Of a DNA stretch of 64,000 nucleotides, positions 13,380 through 24,958 are shown in pieces. The DNA comes from Polymyxa betae A26-41 (taxonomy: Eukaryota > Protista > Endomyxa: Phytomyxea), in assembly GCA_003693705.1 (NCBI GenBank), contig RBZT01000711.1, positions 4,335 to 68,334 of the forward strand, in the 5' to 3' direction. Under the pieces are notes generated by a model. It had not been told where the DNA came from and did not search any database. It was given only the letters and a program-made list of their open reading frames with translations. How positions within the stretch are numbered: position 1 is the first letter of the stretch; the number at the start of each line of letters is the position of its first letter. The position numbers and the translations under genes were made by a program.

Positions 13380-16300
13380 GGAAGTACTCCCAAGTTTTTA
13401 CAGTCGAGCAGAAATCTTTCTTTATTAAGTGTGACGCCCAGGCGCGGGTGTACCAGTCGGAGGACTCCTTTCCTTTCTACAGCGCCCAGGGTTCGCCTAT
13501 TCGTTAACGCCATCGGTGGGAAGTGTCGGTTGCATTGCACTGTCTTCAGCAAAAAGCTGCTTGGATGGGCAAGCAAATATAATATTCCACTGTTTGACGG
13601 TAACACTAACAAGTTATGCAATTCGTTTATTAATTTTCTGATCTGTAAATTGTTGGCATATAACCCTGTAAACACAGTCATTTAATTTCGCAACCGCTGT
13701 AATTGGGAGACTACAGACGAACGTTCTTTTGGACACCATTGCAAAAACCAAAGAATTACCTATTCATTATAAGCACTGCTTATGAAGGAATCTGTCCCGA
13801 ACTAGGGCAAATTCGCCTTTAAGCAGGTTGTATGCTTCCAGAACTTCGAGTGGTTTCGATTTATAATCCTTGATGAATCCGAGGAATTTACGCATCGTTC
13901 GATTCAGATTCTTTTCAACGGATTGCAAAAAGGGAACAGCGGGGTTCTCCACAATGTCAAATGTAGCTTAGTCTGCAGAACCAGTTCGGGGCCCGCCTTC
14001 TGCTCAATCAATCAGAACATCACTCACTCCATTACATGTCACCGAAAGCACCTACGTTCAGGCCAAGGTTCATTGACTTCCTTCAGGTTCCAGGTGATTT
14101 CACTCATTTCACCAAGTTGCGCCTGTTGTGATTCAACCTTTTCAAACTGAATTTAAACAGCAGGGACCACGCTCTCCGGAATAAGGGAATTCTTAGTTGG
14201 TGACTGTACTAACCTGGTTGATCTCTCTCGAACGGACAAGCTGGATTGTTACGTCCGACCCCGTTTCTTCCGGTTTTTCTGCAGGCAAAATTTTGATTGG
14301 ACTTTCTTCGAGTCTGGTTCCTATGAATCGCGGAAATTGCTGGCATATTGACATTATTCTTTGAGGGCAGCCCGCTCTCTTATGCTGCCTTGAAGGTGGT
14401 TGCAATGCTATTTGTACCACTGCAAAATCAGAACTGTTCGGATCAAATGCATTCTTCAGCTCATTAAGCAGCATATTGCCTTTAATAACCGACAACTCAG
14501 AAAAGGTGGTCATTGCTGTTAGATCCCTTTTTCAACGATTTGCTGGAGAGCTTTTTCAGTTTCTGGTAACGTCTCGCTGTGTCGTTGGACAAGCAGTTTT
14601 CTGATTTTGTGCCAGATCTTCGCGCTGAATTTCATCAGTACAACAATCTGTTGGTTCGGTCACACCATCACCTGCGACTTCATACTCGGTTCACAAGATA
14701 AATAGGGGGTATCAAAGTTAGGTTAAGAATCGATTCTCAGGGGCTCAAAAACATGCCGGAGAATCGATTCCCCTAGGGGGTATCAAAGTTGAAATGTTGA
14801 AATGGCCGCTTCTCCTATCAAGTTAAATTTTTCAAGTAATTTCGTTGCAGTAAACCATTGCCAGAAACTCCTTGCTGGAACGGCGACAATCATCGTTACC
14901 GTCATCTGCATTATGGGTTGTAGAATTTCACATTGTCTTAGCAGAAGGAAGGCGTGCAGGCGTACGCGCCTGGGGAGCAGGCGTCCTCATTCCTTTTTGA
15001 GAGCTGTTATGCAGAACAAAGAAAATTGTTTATTCCATGACGAGGGTGGATTAGATAAGAAGAATTAGTCACTGAAAATTAACTCCGTGGGAGAATCGAT
15101 TCTCCCGTAAGAATCAGGGGATTCGACGATTCTTAAAAGGCGGGAAGATCCTAACTTTGATACCCCCTAATTTAAAGACTTCAATGCTTTGTTCATCAAG
15201 TGGTGAATTTCCAATCGCCCTCTGGGATGCAATACCGATTTGCTGAACGTCTCCCATCCTTTGCCCTCATATACTGCACATATTGCGCCGCACGGTAACA
15301 TTGTTGAAGAGATCCCGAGCTATTGCATGATGCAAACGACTTTGACTCCATTGGATCATGGCAGCGGACAGAATGTGGAGGTTTTTGCGAATTCTACGGT
15401 TCACGGACCAACTTTTGTCATCATCTTGCCACTCAAGTTTTTAACAAATTTGAAAATACAATTGGGCGAGCTTTTTAAGTCTTTTCCACATGCTTGATGA
15501 GCGTCCTAATCAGGTCCAATATTTGACACCTTATCGCAGGCAGATAAGAGATGCTGAGAATATTTCAAACAAATTGAAGTTCTTCAGATCTTGCTTCAGG
15601 AAGACATTCTGCTTGATTCAAGCGTTGTTTGACTCGGCCAGCTAGGAGGAAACATGACCAGCTGAGAAAAGTCGTGCTGTTTTCGTTGCAAAATCCCTGT
15701 CAGCATCATTCCTCAGTTTGGCGAAGAATAGCAAGCGCCGGAAATACTTTCATTTTTTTGCATGCAAACCTGAAATTCTGAAGACAGATTTTCGTCAGTG
15801 GGGAGGACATTATGGGTGATGGACTTGCAGTCTCTGATGAATTCTACTCCAGTTGCGCTCACCATTCCCGTTTTAACTGAAATCATTGCTGTCCGGTAAT
15901 GTTTAAACCAAAGAAAGTGCTGCATAATGAATTCCTGAGCAGTTATAGCATAGTCTTAGGCTCGTCAGACATAACATCACAACTTGTCATAATCAAAAGC
16001 AGGCAACAGGTTAGCTGTCAGATATTTGATAAGACTGCCGTTATGAATCTGCTAATCAAGAATTACCTTAGCTATTGCGTTCGCTTCCAATCCGCTGCCA
16101 GCAGTGGTTGTGAACAACATAGCAGAGCCGAAAGAATCTGTTTTGGTCGCTTCACAATAGCATAATCAACAGCCCACGTGACTGCACCGAATCCATTATT
16201 CTAGTGAAGAGCGTATGAACCAAGAGATGCATTCAATGATTGGATATGGAGATGACTACACATTGGTGGCACAAACTCTCCAAGCGGCATATAACCTGCC

Positions 16301-16700
16301 CCAGGGCGAATCCGCATTGGTTCGGGATAGACCGTCTCATCAAAAGTGGACGGATAATCTAGGTAAAATCATTGTGGATCTTCAAGTTCTCTGAAGATAG
16401 TGTTATAAGCTGAATTTAGTGGATCAATTGAAGTGGGCGAGCAAATTGACAAATTCGACCGTCCATCCTGCTGAAAACCAAAACTCCATCGAAGTTTTAT
16501 CAGTGGAAACTCAAAATCTTTAATACTCATAGGTCAAATTTACGGGTGCTCTTAATTGAAGCTAATATTTACCCTCTGCTGAAACTGCCCCTGGACATCG
16601 CAGCAACTAACTGACCAGAAGGTACAATAACAGCTACACAGCTTTTAGTCCAGGTCCTACTTAAGCAGTATTCCACACAGAACGAAACCCAGCAGGCGCA
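13380..16700 (-). pseudogene. Highly decayed MULE/FAR1-like transposase with SWIM remnant
   Basis: VMSDE..H.LWFKH (~15900-15970), LAES (~15635), and SWIM-like C....MLPCGAICAVY..F..VLHPR (~15220-15330). Boundaries uncertain. Confidence 0.5.
14705..15167. mobile_element. MITE with 18-bp TIRs
   Basis: GGGGGTATCAAAGTTAGG (14705-14722) and CCTAACTTTGATACCCCC (15150-15167), flanked by TA. Extra internal copy of the left TIR at ~14775-14790. Repeated palindrome GAATCGATTC. Confidence 0.85.
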
Positions 16701-16979
16701 CTCAGAAGAAAGCTACGGCGAGTAAGCATGGACCAAGTGCACGAGTGCAGGTGGAGAGTGGGCGATTATAGACCCTTCTATTCTTTTTGTCATCGCCCTA
16801 CTATGACCGGATCGATGGCAGAATGTCAAGTGCCTGCGGCACGCTTGCACCCGCAGTCAAACAATAGTTTCTGTACAACAGTGAAATTAAAACTGCGGAA
16901 GAGGCTGCAAGTGCTTCAGGCATGAGGCACGCGTGCTTCAATCACGCGTGCTTCAAAATATTAACCGGAATTCATACGC

Positions 16980-18250
16980 ACCGAGAAAAATGATTCACTG
17001 ACGAGCACAAATTTGGCTGATTGGGTTAATGAATATTTGCATCACAAACTTGGGCTTGAATTGCCTTTGGCAATATCTGCTAGAACAGGTTAAAGATGGC
17101 TCAACGTTTTGGGATTACATTTTGGCAAGTTCATGCAAGGATTATAAAATGACGGCCACGAACGCGATGATGTCAGATATCGTATTGGCTTTCTTGAAAG
17201 AATGTCGTCCTACGAAAAACGCATCATACATTTCGCTGGCGATTTCATTGAAACACCAATTTCTCCAGCGCTTGCAGACGTCGAGAAGACATTAATTCTT
17301 GTGACCGATGATGAATCGTGCTTCGGATCATATGACGGGCGGAGTCACTGCTGGATCGATGAAAATTACAGACAATTTCGACCGCAAGGCAATGGGTGGA
17401 GTGTGATGGTTTCATCATTCCTGTGCGAATGCCATGGAATTCTCAAAAGTAGGAGATGAGCTCCAAGCTCAGCATCTGAATGTTCCAGCCGACTCTACAG
17501 TGTCTCCTCAAACCTGGGGTTAATGCTGAGGGATATAGGAAAAATAGTGATTTCTTCACCCAGGTGAAAGAGAAAGCTCTTCCCATTTTCAAAGTATTGC
17601 ATCCCAATTGTGATGGACTGTTTATGTTTGATAACAGACAGAGCCATCTCGCCAAACCACCTGATGCGCATAACGTTACCACAATGAATTTGAAAAACGG
17701 AGGTGTCAACAAACCGATTATGAGGAACGGGTGGTTCATTGACGGTAACGGTGATCGCGTTGATCAAAGAGCGGTTATCGAGGATGGAGTCCCTTCGAAA
17801 GGCCTGTCACTGGTTCTCCGAGAAAGAGGTTTAGGGCATTCTTCCTTGAATGTCAAAGAAGCCAGAAAAATTCTTTCTGAACAGCCAGATTTCCGCGAAC
17901 AGAGAGAATGGCTGGAAGAGACTGTCATTCACGAAGGGTATCTCATTGATTTTGACACAAAGTACCATTGCGATTTTTATTATGTCGAGATGTTTTGGGG
18001 TGCGGCAAAGGCATGGTCTCGTGCTCGCTGTACTTTTAATTTTACCGACCATGTAGCCCTTGTTCCAAAAGCTCTTGAGAGTGTTTCTCTTGCCAAAATC
18101 AGAAAGTTCGCCCGGAAATCATATCGATACATTGACGCTTATCGCGCCAAAGATGCTGGAGGAAACTCTTTAAGTTGCCAGCAAATTGAATATGCCGTCA
18201 AGAAATATCGGGGCCAACGCAAAATTCCAATGCGCATTTTAGTACTGTCG
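16980..18250 (+). pseudogene. IS630/Tc1-mariner-like DDE transposase with a long insertion between the second D and E
   Basis: DGHERDDV..R..FL, LVTDDESCF..YDG, FMFDNRQSH, KGLSLVLRERG, LSEQPDF, KYHCDFYYVEMFW. Stops in the 5' part. Confidence 0.8.
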
Positions 18251-19728
18251 CGCTCTTTGTTTCGCACTTTTTTGTTTACGCATATGTTCGGAATCAAATT
18301 GCAACAAATTGTAGAGTTAAGCTGTCCGCTACGGTAGAGGCGTTTTTCTTTGACTCGATCCTCGTGAACACCCATTTGCTTTTTATAGGATATGGCGTCT
18401 CTGTATGTTGCTGGCACTGTATCAGCTGTTGCGTTGTAGGCCACGTTCGCTGTCGAAGAATACTTTTCATAACTGATTGCAAGTGGGTCAGAGTTTGGGC
18501 TGTTAACGGTACCGTTGCTGGTGTTCGTACGTGGGATTGACCTTGCGTCAAATGTTATGGTTCTGCGAACCAGGATCTTGTCGTTTTTTCGCTCAATTTC
18601 GTAGCCTTTCGAATAATGAGTGTATCCTACGAAAATATCGCCTTCTGCTGTTGGGCCTAGCGCTGCTCGTAAAGATTTGTCGATCAGAGTGTAGCAGTAC
18701 ATCCGAAGGGATGCATGTGGCGGATGTCAGGTTTGCTACCGTGCCAAAGTTCTTGTGGTGTTGTCAAATTCAGCGATTTTGCAGGTAAACGATTGAATGT
18801 GTATACAGCATAGCATAGCGAATTCCCAATACTCACTTGGTAATCCGGATTCGATAAGAAAGTTTCTAGTAACATTCATAATTGTATGATTCCGTCTCTC
18901 TGCAGTACCGTTCTGCTGTGGGCAGTACGGGACCGTCCTTCAATGTTTGATGTTTTTCGTTAGTGGGAGATCGCTCACGGTTTTGTTCACATACTCTCCA
19001 CCATTATCTGTTAACGAAATATTTGATTTTTGTTTCGTTTCCGCTTTACCGTCTCTGCACCTCTTGCGGCGTTTTACTCTTCAGGAAGGTAACCCAACAC
19101 CATTTTGAGTACAGGCAATTGAACGTGATATAGTATTGAGAACCTTGGCTTGTTGTAAGAAATGGTCCCTTCAGGTCTGAGCTTACGATCTCGAAGGCAA
19201 GGGTCGGGTTTGTCGTCCTCTCGTCTGGAAACGGCTGTCTTCTCGATCTCCCTAGTGCGCAACTGCTGCATGTAGGTCTTTTGGAGTCTCTGATTTCGAC
19301 ACCATCACAATGATCGATAAGCTGTGTTAACCGTTCGTTAGCATCGTGTCCGAAACTTCGATGCGCTTCGTGCAGGCTGATGTGCTGAGCGACAACACTG
19401 GAGAAGTTTGATTCAGGCGAACTTGTGATCTCACGTAATAAAGGCCGTTATCGTTGTGGGCAGTAAGTAATGTAACTCCATCGCGTGTTTGTATGTACAT
19501 ATCTTTCTTAATTCATATAGTGTAGCCCATTTTGTGATCGAATCCGTCGAGATCAAGGTCTTCATCAGGTGCGGGACGTGTAGAACGTTTGGTATCAGGA
19601 TTGACGTTTTTCCTGTTAATGTTAACGTTCCTTTACCGATTGCTTGAAGTGTTCCTCCGTTGCTGGCTTTACACTTGATGTCGCTGTGAATTTTCGTAGT
19701 TGATTAACCGACTTCTATTGGGGGGCCT

Positions 19729-22700
19729 TGTTTCTACGGAGAGTCGCTGTCGGGTTTTTAGGTAACTTTAGGTTGTTGTATTAACCATCAGCTCCTCGTC
19801 CAACGCATCCCCGCACGAGTCACGCGGCGTCATCGTGCGTGACGTCATGCCTGATCCTCGAAACAGCCGCCCTGATCTGACAGGCTGTCACGCACGCCGT
19901 ACTCATCGACCACGGACATCCCCGCCGCCTCCATCATCACAAACAAAGATTGAATTGTCGGCGCTTTCGTCAGTGCATACGCGGGATTATTCCGTCTCGA
20001 GACCGTCAGCAACTTAATGGTACCATCTCGAACACATTGTCGAACGACATGCCACTTGACTTGTATGTGCTTGTTAGCATCCGTGACTCCGACTCTCTCC
20101 GCCGTCGTCTTCGCAGCCGCCTTGTCCTCCATCAGGATGTTCGGACTCTTGATCACGAACCCGATTTCCGTCCGAAGTGTTCGCAAACAGACAGCCTCTC
20201 GCGCAGCTTCGCAAGAGGCGACATATTCCGCGTGACATGTAGATGTCGCCACGATACTCATGAGCTTCGATCTCCAAAAAACAGCTGTTCCAAACAGCAT
20301 CACTAATTGTCCGCCCACGGACTTCAGGGTATCTGGATCATTCGCGAAATCAGAATCGACAGCACAGGTTGGTTCGCTCCGATCAGCTCCATTCAAGCGA
20401 TGTACCGTAGAACGTGCACAACGGTGTCCCAGTGCTCCTCCGTTGGCAGTGAAACATATCGGGACAGAAGACTAATTGGGAACGCGATGTCGATTCTCGT
20501 TCCGATCGCCAGGTGACCGATACAACCCAGCAATTCACGATAGGGCTGAGTCGTCGCCACTTCTCCGCTTTACCGCGATCAATCCGCATTTTTAAACGCA
20601 GCGGTACTGTGAGAGGTCGCGCCCGCTTCCGAGTAGCCGACTTCACGGAATTCCGAAATCGCGCCAGTACATCACGTAGATACTGGGTCTGAACCAGCAC
20701 GTAGGCGAAATTGTTCTGCAACAGACGCATACCTATAACCCATCGTGCAATTCCGAGATCTTTTGTCTTGAATCGACCGGATAACATCTGATTCACCTCC
20801 GTGACCATATCCGAGCTCGTTCCGAAGATCAGAAAATCATCGACGGAAACACCCAAAAACCACGATTTGGCGCCCCCGCCGCGAAACATTGAGGCATGGA
20901 TCGCTAATTGTCCTCTTAAAGTTGACCTCAACCAGGACTCCGTGTAGGGTCTCGTACCAGATCCGTGGTGCTTCAACCAGGCCGTGCAGCGCTTTCTTTA
21001 ACCGCCATACCTTTTTCTGCGGGTCTCCAGTCTCAAACCCGTGAGGCTTCTCGCAGAACACAGCGCAGTCCAGAACTCCGATCAAGAAGGCTGTTTTAAC
21101 GTCCATCAGGTGAATCAGTACACCGAACATAGCCGCCAGCTGGATGATCACCCTCAGAGAAGCATACCGAAGGGTCGGCGCAAACGTCTCCTTCCATGTC
21201 TTCCACGGATCGCAGCATCCGAGAGGAACATAAGGCGCTTTCCACCGTACGCATTCACCGTGCTCATTTCGCTTCCATGTGTAAACAAATTTCGCAGGTA
21301 AAACATTCGAATCGGTCGGTCGGTCAACCACTTCATCGCAGTCATTCTCAATGATGGCGTTGACTTCCTCGATCTCGCCCTCATTCCAATGCTGCCAGTC
21401 CACGCTCGCGCGCGCCTCCGCTTCCGACTTGGGGTCGGAACGCACTTCAGGGACTTCTCCCGTCAGAAAGGCAAACAACCCGTTGTCTGCTGTATCGACC
21501 GAGCAGTATCACGCCCGGTGGCCGTCATCACGATCAAAATTAGCCTCGTAGAAGATGTCCTCATCATCTTCCTGCTCTTCCTCGGCCGAAATTGGTTCGA
21601 CCGCTTCGGTGATCTCCGACCAGAAGATCTTATCCCGAAGCGCGTCCGCTGCCGATTCGTCGTTGTCTGCTTTCTCACTGTCGCCGGATCCATCATCTTC
21701 GTCGCCTGCTTCCTGTCGCGCAGCGCGAGCCATCCCGTCGTAATCAGCATTTGCGAAGCGATCCGGCTGATGGCGAATCCGTCCGGAGCGTCGCAGTCCA
21801 TGCTGCTCGACAGTGTCGGTGCGTTCGCGCTGATGAAGGTCAGGACCTCCACCGGCAGCACAATGTCTAATTCCATCATCATCGCGGTCCCCAACTGGCC
21901 GTTCGATTTCGTCGGGACCATTATCATGACACTCTTGCGGCCGCTGATGGGCCGTAGCTCCACCATCGTCACTAACGCCGCCCTGAGCAGCGACGCCATC
22001 GTCAGCGTCACCAAGGTCGTCGTCCAAAACGTCCACGTCGAACATGCCGCCGAGCACGGCCGCCCTCTTGACTACGTCCGTCTCATTGTCGCCGTCCTTG
22101 AACGGGAACACGGACTCATAGAAGAAATCATTCCTCGACTCCAGGATCTTCCGACTTTCCCAGAGAAGAAACACGCACGCCTTTTTGGATGCTGAGACAG
22201 CCAGGTGAACCGCGCGCTCCGCCTTCGGCTTCAGCTTCGCCTTATTCCTACGGAGTATCAACACCCAGGCCTCGCAGCCCCAAACCCTTGCTCGAGAGAG
22301 GTTCGGGCGCTGCCATGTGAGGACCTCAAAAGCCGTCGTTTGCCCGTGATGACGATCGAGAGGAACCCGATTATGGAACCATGTCGCATTCATCGCGGCG
22401 CTCGACCAGAACCGCTCCGGCGCAGCCGATCGGACCAGACATGCACGCACCATTGCGACGATCTTGCCGCCGATGACCTCTGGGAGGCCATTCTGGAACG
22501 GCATACGCGTGTGCGAGAATTCCTGCTGTATTCCGTCCAAATACAACTCCTGACGCTGTACATTACCGACGTACTCGCCACACTGATCGGCACGGAACAC
22601 CACCACCTGTCCGGACATTCTCTCGAATCTCCGTAGAATCGCGACCGTATGATTCTCCGTGTCGGACTTCCGCGCCAGATTCACCGTAGCCGCAAATCCA

Positions 22701-24473
22701 GATGCATGATCGACCCAGACGCCCATATACAGTTTTCGGTCATGGCTCCTGGTTGGAAACGACAGTAGGTCGGCTCCGATAATCTGTGCAGGCCGTAAAC
22801 TTCGAGTGCGGCGCTTCGGTGCCGGGGCCACTTTGAAGTTCGCCTCAATACATATCCGACATTTGCATCTTGGTACATGATCCACGCAGTTGATGCGCAG
22901 TCCGCCCACGATCGCGTTCCTGTTCATTTTTAGAAAGGTTTGTAAATTAGTGTCACAGAGTCTCTCGTGGGCAAGCTTTAGAGAGATCTCTCCAGATAAT
23001 CGTCCTTGGTTTGGATCGTTGCTGAGGGAGACCAAGGCGGCTCCCCGCAACAAAAATCCTGCCCAGCGTGAAGGTCCAAATACTGTAGACCTCTGCGCAC
23101 AGATCAAGTCAGCAGGAGCTTCCCGTCTTTGTTTACGATTTTCGAGGAACGCGCAGTCTCACGGTGTTCGGAGCCCTTCCCGAGCTTAGAAAGTGCCGCC
23201 CTGATCGCGAACAGATTCGCGACGGAGTCAGGGGCATAACTGGCATCGAATGAAATAACTCTGCCCGACGCAGTCCGTAGGACGATCCCTCCCCGCCCGT
23301 GGATGTAAATGCGGTCTCCGCCGACACCACCGACAGTGGGCCGCTCATTCGTCTCGAACAACTTCAGATTGCTGCAATGTTCCTTGCAGCTCGAAATTTG
23401 TGCACAAGTTACGGCGCCATCCATGACCCAGTCACGGACTCCTTTCCGCGGAGTGCTTCCGCTTGACAGTGCCATAGTCAACATTGCGATATGAGCATGT
23501 CCGCCTCCATTATCGATACCGTTGCCTTTGCAATCCGTCGACCGGTGACCAAACTTCTGGCACTTCCAGTAATTGCCCCTAAATTGGCCCACATTACTAC
23601 GTCCTCGGCGTCCTCCACGACGTCCACCCGAAGCCTGCATGGCATGACCACTGTCAGCGCCGGACGCCTGATCCGTCACCGCCATTCGCCTCAAGAGCCA
23701 CACGACGTCGTCACGGATATTGGTCGGGATCAACTCCGCATAATTTCCGGAGAGGCTTTTGTAACGGATCTGCTCCATGTCGTTCGGGAGCGACATGCAC
23801 ATCAGCACAGCGATGACTTAATCAGGCAGAGAACGATCTTCGTCGATCACTCTGAGACGCAAGTTCAAATCCTTCATTGACTAGAAGTGAATCTTGGCCT
23901 CTTCAACGGTAGCGTTCTCGTTCAGCCTCTTTCCGAACAACTCAATAAGGAGTGTCGCCATATCCTGGTTAGAGGAACCGGCATACTCCTTCGACAGCGC
24001 CTCCCATGCACCCGCTGGGTCATTTATGTGAGCCTTGATCAAGGTCAGCTGATTTAACTCCACGTTCCGAGTGATGGCTAGCATCGCCTTGGCATTTTTC
24101 ACAGGATCCGATGCAGCCGCCTTTTTCGAGTTGTCGACGTAATCGCCCAGCCCGTAGGCAGTTAACAGGGTCATCATCGCGAATCTCCATGACGTGTATA
24201 CGTTTCGGCCATTCAGCTTGAAGCCAATCGACAGATTTTGGCTACTGCTGGCATTCTGAGAGCCAGCGCTGGTGTCATGTTCCGAACCGGTCGTCATCGT
24301 CTCGCTTGATAGGTTGATGAGCTGGGACTCTTAATCTGTTTCTACGGAGAGTCGCTGTCGGGTTTTTAGGTAACTTTAGGTTGTTGTATTAACCATCAGC
24401 TCCTCGTCCAACGCATCCTCGCACGAGTCACGCGGTGTCATCGTGCGTGATTTCATGCCTGATCTTCGAAACA
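19729..24473 (-). mobile_element. Full-length Copia (Copia-2), GC-rich
   Basis: 137-bp LTRs at 19729-19865 and 24337-24473 (5 substitutions). Near-TSD GGCCT/GTCCT. PPT AGGGCGGC. gag 23881-24297, knuckle/protease 23104-23808, integrase 21509-23107, RT 20383-21478 (SVDD), RNase H 19845-20396. Confidence 0.97.
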
Positions 24474-24958
24474 GTCCTGCTCACATTCGCACCACTATCG
24501 ATGATGACTGCTTCGACATTTTGTTCGTTCCGAGTTTCTCTATGGAAGCCTCGTCTTCTTCTTCTTCGTTGACATTGCTGTTCGCTTGTCCTGTTTGTTC
24601 GTTGCCTTTGTATTGTCGAAGTTCCGGATGTTCGATCCAGCATTCATCGATGTTATGGTTTGTTCTTCTAAACCGCGTACAACGTTCTATCTTGCTTTTC
24701 AGGTCTTTGATCTGAGTATGCAGTGACTGGATATCTGCTTTTAGATCCTTTTGGTCCTGGTCTTGCTTCCCGGATTCATGCTGTTCATCTCGCTCTTTTG
24801 AGAGCAGGATGTTCGTCAGTGGCGGGAATTTGCTTACTTGCGATGCTCTAGCCACAGCCTTAACTTGCTTGTACGTGTCCAGTAGTCCGTCAAGCGCTGG
24901 ACGCAGATGATCAATTCTCCTAGTTCAATATTGAAGGATTGCACGAGTTTGTACAAAA

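Noticed and set aside
21389-22636. Long + strand ORFs (268 aa and 143 aa)
   Set aside because: Antisense shadows of the GC-rich Copia-2 integrase, with no independent motifs.
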